Origin: the human T2T-CHM13v2.0 reference genome, Homo sapiens | Length of the DNA stretch: 64,000 nucleotides | Reading direction: 5' to 3' (one strand) | Assembly (NCBI RefSeq): GCF_009914755.1 | Contig: NC_060926.1 | In this document: one piece after another, positions 55,792 through 64,000 of the stretch | Position numbering within the stretch: position 1 is the stretch's first letter | Layout of the letters: every line of letters begins with the position of its first letter | Position numbers and translations under genes: made by a program | Notes under the pieces: model-generated | What the model was told of the DNA's origin: nothing | What the model saw: only the letters and a program-made list of their open reading frames with translations | Databases searched by the model: none

Positions 55792-58429
55792 GTCAGTACT
55801 ATATTTGTGTCAATCATGAATAAACTGTGAAATAAAATAAAGGCATCATGGGTCTTTAGATAGCTGTGTCAGAAATATGCTTGCAATGTGTAGTAGAAGC
55901 TCAAATTTAGTAAAAACTGGATATATTTCGGAGTTGGCCTACTAGCAAACATGGTTCCCTAAGTACTGTTTTTCTAATTAGTATAATTTATTTGGTTTTT
56001 GAATGTTGAATTTATTTAATCTTACTACTACCTGAGTTTCGAATAATGAAAAAAATCCAACTCGAATTCATTTGTTTAATTAACAGAAATATTAAAAGAG
56101 TGACTTCTTGGAAGGCTGACCTTTCAAAGAATGGTCAGCTTCCTGAATTTGCAGGAAAACACTTTGAATTCCACAATTATATACTCATAGAGAATATATT
56201 TCATAAAGAGGGTAGAATTGAAAACGTACTTTTCAATAAAAAATTTCAGTTAGCAGAGTGTTAAGATGTCATTCCTTTTGTTCTGTGCTTTCATTAATTG
56301 GCCTTAATTGAGACTCGAAACTAGCTTAACTGAGTTTAGAGTAGTAACAGAACCTCAGAAGGCCCTCACAGCAATAAACTTGGGATTTTATTTATGCCTT
56401 CTATTTTTTTTCAACATGTATTCAGATTGAAAAAAAAAACACTAAACACTGAATGAAATGAAGACTTTTATTGCTTATGAAAGAACAACATGCCAGTTGT
56501 TGCTAAACTTTTTGTATAGGCTTTTGATTAATAATTAACATAAAGGAAAACATTGGCTTTTCATTTGCCCTTACACTAATCAGGAATTTTCCCTTTAAAG
56601 CCCATGTTTAACCCTTCAGATTGCAGTGTCTGTCATATAACAGGCACACTGTAAATATGTACCTTTTCTGACCTCACTTTCCTACAACCAAATACATATA
56701 AGCACACAGACACACAGACACACTCTCTCTGTCCCACACACACACACACACACAGAGATGAAAAACTACTATTATTTCTCTTTTCAGGTTCAAACTGTGC
56801 TTTCCTATCTTCGAAATCTGTATAGAATGAAGCAAATAGAATATATTAAAATTATGCCTATAGATAATTGGAAACTTAATAAAGAAAAAAGGTGAAATGT
56901 CTACAAGTATTGGTTTCAAGTCTATAAACTGTATTATTTTATTAAGTGTTTTTATATAGTTCGGGGTCAAATTTATTAAAGTTTCTCTTTTTTATTCACT
57001 TCTGCATATGCTATGGAGATTTGTGAACATTTAAATGTGCAATTTTTTAAGATTTTTTGAATTTTTTTCTACTTTTATCCCCTACTAGCCCCTATCCCAT
57101 CCACCTACAAAACCAAAATTACAAGTAGAATGAGATTTTTGTAAAGTATACATCATTGAATCAGTAATATTTTCAATGCACAGAGTTAAGTTTTAATTAT
57201 AAATAAATCTGTATGAGAGGTAAACTTTTCCTTTCTCTTCTTTAATAAGAAATAAACTCTTCCCTTCCTGATTTTTTTATTTTATAGTTTATATGGTAAA
57301 CATGACAATTTGCAATCTCATCTTGCTCTGACCACTTACCAGAATGAAAGAAAACTGAAAAGAAAAAAGATTTTTGTTAGACTATAAAAAACTAACAGTA
57401 ACGCACAAAAATTTTTCATAATCTGATCCCCTAACCATCTTCCACATGGAGATTTCTGTTGTGGGAATATGAAAATCGAGTGTGTTTGGTCAAGATGACT
57501 TGCCTATTTTCAAATAAATAAATAAATATATCAGTGAAAATAACGTGTACATATAAATGGAAACATGTTTAAGCCTCTCTTATTACCAGGTCTTCCCACT
57601 TGGATATGTGTGGTTTAGTATTTATTAGTATTGTTTTCCCTTCTATCTGGAAATGAAAATAATATTAAATTACATTTGGTTAATCAGTTATCTAAATCAC
57701 ATTTTGTAAAAGCAGTTAGATGTAGTAAGTCTCTTAAAACTATATTAACTCACTAGAAACAGCCAAGTTATCAAAACAGAATATATGTAATGGAAATTAC
57801 CATTTTTTTCAACTATAACTAAGTTACTTTTGGTTTAAAATAAAAGAGTTTCCCTCACAGAAAAAGCATGTTTATCTGTAAAACTGTTAGCTGAGCAAAA
57901 TAACTAGTGTTGCCAGATAAAAGAAAGCTACCGATAGGGGTATATAAAATAGGACATCAGAAATGCCATTGCAATATTTTATCAATTCTGTGATGCATGT
58001 AATTTTACATTAAGTTATGTAAAATTAAGTGATGCTATAGTTAAATTGACAGCATTTTTTTTCCTAGTGGTAAATGAGGTATGTCTTGTAATGAATAGCA
58101 TCTTAGATTTTATGAAACACAATATTACTGAATTTAGACTGGAAACGTGTTTTAATCTCCTAAAGTTATTACAAAAAAAAAAAAAGTCAGAATGAAATCT
58201 AGAAACAAGGAAGGTAAATTTGGCATTGATTCTCAGCAACATTTTAGGCCACAATTTTTGCCTTTTTAAAAAAATGTGTATTGGTTTTTCTGATCTACTT
58301 CTTTTTCTTTATTATTAATACTGCTACCAGCATTTTGGTATATTTTCCTCCAGTTTTTTTTGTGGTTTGTTTTCACAAAAGTTAAATTAAATTTTCTATT
58401 CTATACATTGCAGTTACTTGAAAAGGTGA

Positions 58430-58810
58430 TTTTTAATGGCTCTGTGATATACTATCCTATGGATATTTCATAGTTTATTTCACCATTTACTCATTGTTGG
58501 ACATGCAGACCATTTTTAATATCTCACTATTATAAATAGCCCTGCAATAAATATGCTTCTAAAATGTTTATGTTCACTGCTGACATTGTACTTAGGATCA
58601 ATTTGTAGAAGTGGGATTATGTAGTGTAAAGAAATAAATATATTTGAGGTGAGTAACGTGTACATTATGTTCCCCAAAATTATATACCAATATACACTTC
58701 ACTGGTAGCAGAAGCAGTCTGAGATTTGCAATACCCATGCCAATGTTGGAATTAGGATTTTAAAAATTTCTCTCAGTTTGATAAGCAAATGATGGCTTCT
58801 CAATTTTAGA
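58430..58810 (-). mobile_element. L1ME-type fragment
   Basis: TTGTTGGACAT..CTATTATAAATAGCCCTGCAATAAATAT..TAGAAGTGGGATT..TATACCAATATACACTTC. Confidence 0.65.
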
Positions 58811-59720
58811 ATATAAAATAGGAAACAGATGCTTGTAAAGGAATACTCATGGATCATTAAAAATATCAATCTAAACAGCATAACTTGTTTTTAGATAGAA
58901 TGACGAGGTAATGTTAATTTCATTGGCTCTGCCACTCTCAGCCTGGGAAGGCTATTTGATCTTATGCTGTTGAAGACGGAATCAAAAGCTAAATGATTTT
59001 CATTCTTATAAAGATAGATGATCATGTTAATTATATTAATTATAGTTTTCTTGAGAAAGAGGTTGAGGACCCTAAGGAATGGGACAAGGGAGACATTCTT
59101 TAATAGAGTTCTCAAGTTTACTTACAGTGGAGGTACTGCTCAACAAGTGACATGAGGTGCAGTAGCTTTTCTGGAAGTGTTTGGAATGCTGTGAGCAGAA
59201 AAGAACTAAGATTACTCTACAAATCTAAAAGTGAAATGTCATATTGTGTGCTAGCTAGTGTAGATATTTTATAAATTTCTCTCCTCAAAATTTAAAAAAT
59301 ACATTTCTATATTGATACTGTCTTTTAGTCTCATTTTGCAAAATCAAAAGTTAAAAAGAAAATATTGGATATAACTTGTTGCTATTTTGTATCCGTTTCT
59401 TCTTCATCCTATACACTAACCTTTTATCCTTCCTCTAATGCAGTCAGTACTTAGCATATATATTCCATGAAGACCCTACCTCCAACCCTATCCTATCTTG
59501 CTCCCAAAGAGGGATCATGTTCATCATACTGACACCTAGTTCTAAGGGATACATTGCTTAACACAAGGCTCTCAGTGCTATAAGACTTCCCCTGCCTTTG
59601 CAATTGCACTTGACTATATTAAAGTGTTCTGGTGGCATTGGTTGAAGCACCCGAGTTTGAAATTAGATTAATTCATGCTTTCTTGGTGCTTAGAATTCTT
59701 AAACAGATGATTTCCTATGA

Positions 59721-60013
59721 TTTTTTTTGAAGAGATGGAGTCTCCCTCTGTCACCCAGGCTGGAGTATAGTGACACAATCATGGCTCACTGCAGCCTCAA
59801 CCCTTGGGCTCAAGTTGTCCTCTCATCTCAGCCTCCTGATTAGCTTAGGAGTACAGGTGTGTGCCACCATTCCTGGCTATATTTTTTATTTTTTGTAGAG
59901 ACTGAGTCTCGCTTTGTTGCCCAGGCTTGTCTCAAACTCCTGGCTTAAAGCGATCCTCCTGCTTCAGCCTCTGAAGGTGCTAGGATTACAGGCATGAGTC
60001 ACTGTGCCTGGTC
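59721..60013 (-). mobile_element. AluJ
   Basis: ATCATGGCTCACTGCAGCCTCAACC; TSD ATT(T/A)CCTATGA. Confidence 0.92.
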
Positions 60014-60194
60014 AATTACCTATGACTGAATCATTAATATTTATCTGAAATTATTTACCCAAGCCCTGATTTTGATCCAGTGCTCCAGAACAGGGTGGAT
60101 GTTGTGCTTCTTTTCTACCTGGATCTAGTCCTTCCTCCTAATTCTAATCTTTTCCTCTGGCTTAACCTCTGATGCCCTCTATACTTCTAGACTG

Positions 60195-60510
60195 CTAAGC
60201 TGCTTGTGGTATTCCTTGGTCAAGCCCTCTGATTTTATTATCTGTAAAATGGAAACAAAAATAACTTATACTTCATTTCAAGATTAAATGAGATATTATT
60301 ATGAGTCTTAAAAATTGTAACTTTTAGTCCACTTTTAAGCCCTCTATCAAAATATGCTAATTACTTTGATTATTACATATTGTATACTTGTATCAAAACA
60401 CCACCTTGTGTCTGATAAATATGTAAATTATAATAAATAAATTACATTTTAATGCAAAAAAAGACTCTTAGAACAATGTCTGGCATATGGGGATTGCTAA
60501 ATAAATAGGA
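60195..60510 (+). mobile_element. MIR interrupted by a short L1M 3' tip (about 60340-60460)
   Basis: TTATCTGTAAAATGGA..GATTAAATGAGAT, then ATTACATATTGTATACTTGTATCAAAA, then CTTAGAACAATGTCTGGCATAT. Confidence 0.6.
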
Positions 60511-60695
60511 GTGTTTGTTCCATTGATCCTTGAAAACAAACAAACAAACAAATTCTCTATTAAAGTCTTTTTTTCTAGATTTTACATGTGTAATAAATTC
60601 TGACGCTTCTCTTAAAACAGAAAATAAAATGAATGAGGATCTTTAAATTATTGTTATAAAAGCTTCAAAATATATTAATGAAAGAAGCCAGAAGT

Positions 60696-60698
<3 letters not shown>

Positions 60699-60740
<42 letters not shown>
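60699..60740. repeat. (AC)21 microsatellite
   Basis: Perfect dinucleotide run. Confidence 0.98.
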
Positions 60741-60747
<7 letters not shown>

Positions 60748-60789
60748 TATATATATAAAATGTATGATATATATAAATTTAAAAAATAT

Positions 60790-61087
60790 TTCTTTTATAG
60801 AGATAGGGCCTCACTCTGTTGCCCGGACTGGAATGGAGTGGTACAATCATAGCTTAGTATAAACTCAGACTTCTAAGCTCAAGTGATTCTCCTGCCTCAG
60901 CCTCCTGAGTAGCTAGGACTGTGGTAGCATGCACCAGCACACCCAGCTAATTTTTTATTTTATGCCTTTTATACAGACAGGGTCTCTCTATGTTGCCCAG
61001 GCTGGTCTTGATCTGACATGAAGTGACCCTCCTGCCTTGGCTTTCCAAAGTGATGAGATTACAGGCATGAGACACTGCACGCAGTCC
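60790..61087 (-). mobile_element. AluJ
   Basis: Diverged reverse Alu with ATCATAGCTTAGT and CTATGTTGCCCAGGCTGG. Confidence 0.9.
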
Positions 61088-63469
61088 AATTTATAGAATT
61101 TTATACTGTATTTTAAACTGGCCAGAAAGTAATTTCTCTATGCTCTGTTGAGTAGTATTATATGGTTCATTAAAGATGCTGTTAAACTAAACAGCATATT
61201 GCACAATTAAGCAGACTTGCACTTAAAAAAAGTGTAGAAAATGCTAATACTCTAATGAAATAGGAAGTGGGGAGAGGCGGATGTTCTTAATGTCTAACCA
61301 GTAAGCTTCAGTGCTTTGAGCTTTCCAGAATCAAGACAAAATTTTGATTAGCTTCTTGGTCAACTTCCAGTACCTTCTCAGGGAGACGCTATATTTCTCT
61401 TCCAACTTGCTTCATGTTGCTTCACACATTTCTTATAGACTTGTTATGCTTCATGTTATGATTGTATCTGGATAGGTCCATTCTCCCCTAGCAGCCCATA
61501 GGCTTTTTAAGGAGAAACTGGGGCCTTTACACTTATGCGTGCTGTCTCAATAGGGCCTTGGAGGAAATGGACACTTAGGAAATGCTTATATAATGAATTT
61601 TAAAGACATTCATTATATAACAAACAATTATAAAATTGCAAAACAGAATATAAACAATTGTATTACATATGAAGACTATAGAGCTACATATATGTGCGTA
61701 TATGTGTGTATGTTTTAATAATCATTAATCACTGTATCCTCTCTCGGCCCCCTATCTTTCTCTCTTGAAAAAACAAAAAACAAAAAAACACCACAGATCC
61801 AATACTTGTTCTTTAAGATTCTTCCAGTGGGTAGTATTTTTGTATTCATCTTTCATGGCATCAACAAGCCTATTTCCTCAGGATGTCAGGCTGTCAAAAT
61901 GAAAGCAATTCTGGAAGCACGTATCCCCAAGATTCTTCATTAGGTCATGTGAACAAATGAGGAGGGATAGCAAGTTTGTCTGCCATCCTCACTTCAACCC
62001 CCTCCCCACCTCTCCTCTTCTAAATTATGTCATGAGCTAATTCTTTGATAGTCACGTTTTTGTCCAAAATCTAGGAAATGATTACCATTAAAAGGAAAAA
62101 ATACATATTTATGATGCATCAAATTTCAGAAAGCTTCACAAGAGAAAGTAAATTATCCTAAGGATTAAATGGTCTTTTCAGTTTGAAATGTGATTCTGGA
62201 AGCTTTGTATTTCTCCTTAAAGTAGTAAACAAATAATTGGCCATTCTATAAATCTTTCCAGAATCTCAAAGTCACTTTGTATCATATGTAAATCTAATCA
62301 TTAGAATCCTGGATATGTTTTTTTAATACAAAGATATTAATATACTATGCTAAATGTAGGAATAAAATAAAATGACAAAATAATCACCTTTTTCATAAGT
62401 TTTCTAAGTTTCCCAAATTAAACCTAATAATTATTGCAGCTTCAAATGTCTTTGGGGTGATTATTGTTTAAAGTCCTCCCTTTTTTTTTCATGTGGGAAA
62501 AGAATGCTCTAGCTCATTCTTTATTCCTTAATTAAATGTAGTATCAAATGGCTGCAAAAGACAACCACTGGCTATGTTTTCATACAAACCCCATGCTTAT
62601 GAAATCAGTTCTGTGGATTTAATTCACTGACCAGCTAATCTTTATTCTTTTCCTAAATTCATCTGTAAAAAAGAATCCCATTCCAAAGAATAACACAGCT
62701 GATCTCTTTGCAGCCCATTTATGTCATTAAAAAGTATTATAACCTAAATATAGGCCTTATATCTTATTAGGGTAGTTTGGAAGATTTACAAATAAAATAA
62801 ATGAATTTCTTTATTATGTAAGAAATTCTTTATATTCTACTTATTGCAGAATAAGAACTGCATAGTAGTACAAGGGATAAACTCTCTTGTTCCTCTATAA
62901 ATCAACGTGAGACTTGTTAAGCTTCATCAGTTATTCACCTGAGAATAGAAAAGTATCCATTGTGTATTAGAAAAAGGAATATGACATACAATACACACAT
63001 GTGATAGATAGATAAATGGATAGTCATGATGGTTTCAAATAATTTTGCCAATGCACAATACAAGGGCTTTACTTTTAGGAATGCCTTCTGAGTCATTCAT
63101 GTTGAAGAGGGTAAAATTATGTGCCTTTTCTGAACTAAACTCTCCCAGTTATTAATAATATAAAAATGTTAGTTGAAAAATCATTTGCCATAACAAACCG
63201 ACATGGATTAGGTTTCATTCCATATTATTCAGTGTCTTACGGTTATCAACTTTGTGTTGCTTTACAGTCTTCATTTTCTTTCTTTCGACCATTTCAAATC
63301 TAATTAGTGAAGAGTTGAGTAAAGAAAACACTGAATGCATTATATGAGTACATCTGTGTCTATCTTCTTTCTCTCTCTCATTTATCTAAAGTTTTATACC
63401 TGCCAAAGTTTGTAGTTCAAAACTAGAGCAAGTGATCACTTAGTACATTACTTTTTGAATATTAATAAG

Positions 63470-63840
63470 TGTATTAGTCCATTTTCACACTGCTATGAAG
63501 AACTTTCCTGAAGTTGGGTAATTTATAAGGAAAAGAGGTTTAATTGACTTACAGTTCTGCATGGCTGTGGAGGCCCCAGGAAACACAATCATGGTGCAAG
63601 CGGAAGCAGGCACTTTCTTCACCTTCTTCACAAGGTGGCAGGAGGGAGTATGTGCGAGCACGATGAAGTGCCTCACTTTAAAACCATCAGCTCTTATGAG
63701 AACTCACTCACTATCATGAAAACAGCATGGGAGAAACCGCGCCCATGATTCAATGACCTCCCACCTGGTCCCTCCCCTGACATGTGGAGATTAAAATTTG
63801 AGGTAAGATTTGGGTGGGGACACAGAGGCAAACCATATCA
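63470..63840 (-). mobile_element. THE1D-like MaLR solo LTR
   Basis: TGTATTAGTCCATTTTCACACTGCTATGAAGAA..GGGGACACAGAGGCAAACCATATCA. Confidence 0.9.
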
Positions 63841-63915
63841 GTAGGTATTTGGAACTTTAAGTACTATTGTCTTCATTTTATGAATCGAGAAACTTAGTCA
63901 TTAAACCAGAAACAA

Positions 63916-64000
63916 TTTTTATTTTTATTTCATTTATTTATGTAGAGACAGAGTCTTATTCTGTCACCCAGGCTAAAGTACAGTAGTGTGATCATGGCTC
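63916..64000 (-). mobile_element. AluJ-like SINE cut by the window edge
   Basis: T-rich tail then GAGACAGAGTCTTATTCTGTCACCCAGGCT..ATCATGGCTC. Confidence 0.85.

Overview
This is AT-rich primate (human-like) genomic DNA with no CpG island and no credible host protein-coding exon. Much of the window is interspersed repeats: about 16 Alus (J, S and Y types), MIR, L2, CR1/L3, old L1M fragments, MaLR/ERVL LTRs, a complete MST provirus, and MER3 and MER119 DNA transposons. One well-formed 50-nt non-coding exon candidate (55742-55791, +) and the mostly antisense orientation of LTRs and old L1s suggest a large intron of a + strand transcript, possibly within a multi-exon 5'UTR. I cannot name the gene. 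The most unusual structure is at 36.1-43.8 kb. A full-length, decayed L1PA7-like element still has an open ORF0-like antisense frame and carries a 3'-transduced MER41 LTR fragment inside its target-site duplication (TSD). About 300 bp later sits an orphan, tail-less copy of its own internal 5'UTR. An 85-bp tandem duplication across an Alu 5' junction and several small structural oddities are also present. Repeat subfamily names come from my recall of consensus sequences and need RepeatMasker/Dfam confirmation. I found no well-supported wholly new biological system; the L1 composite is the best lead.
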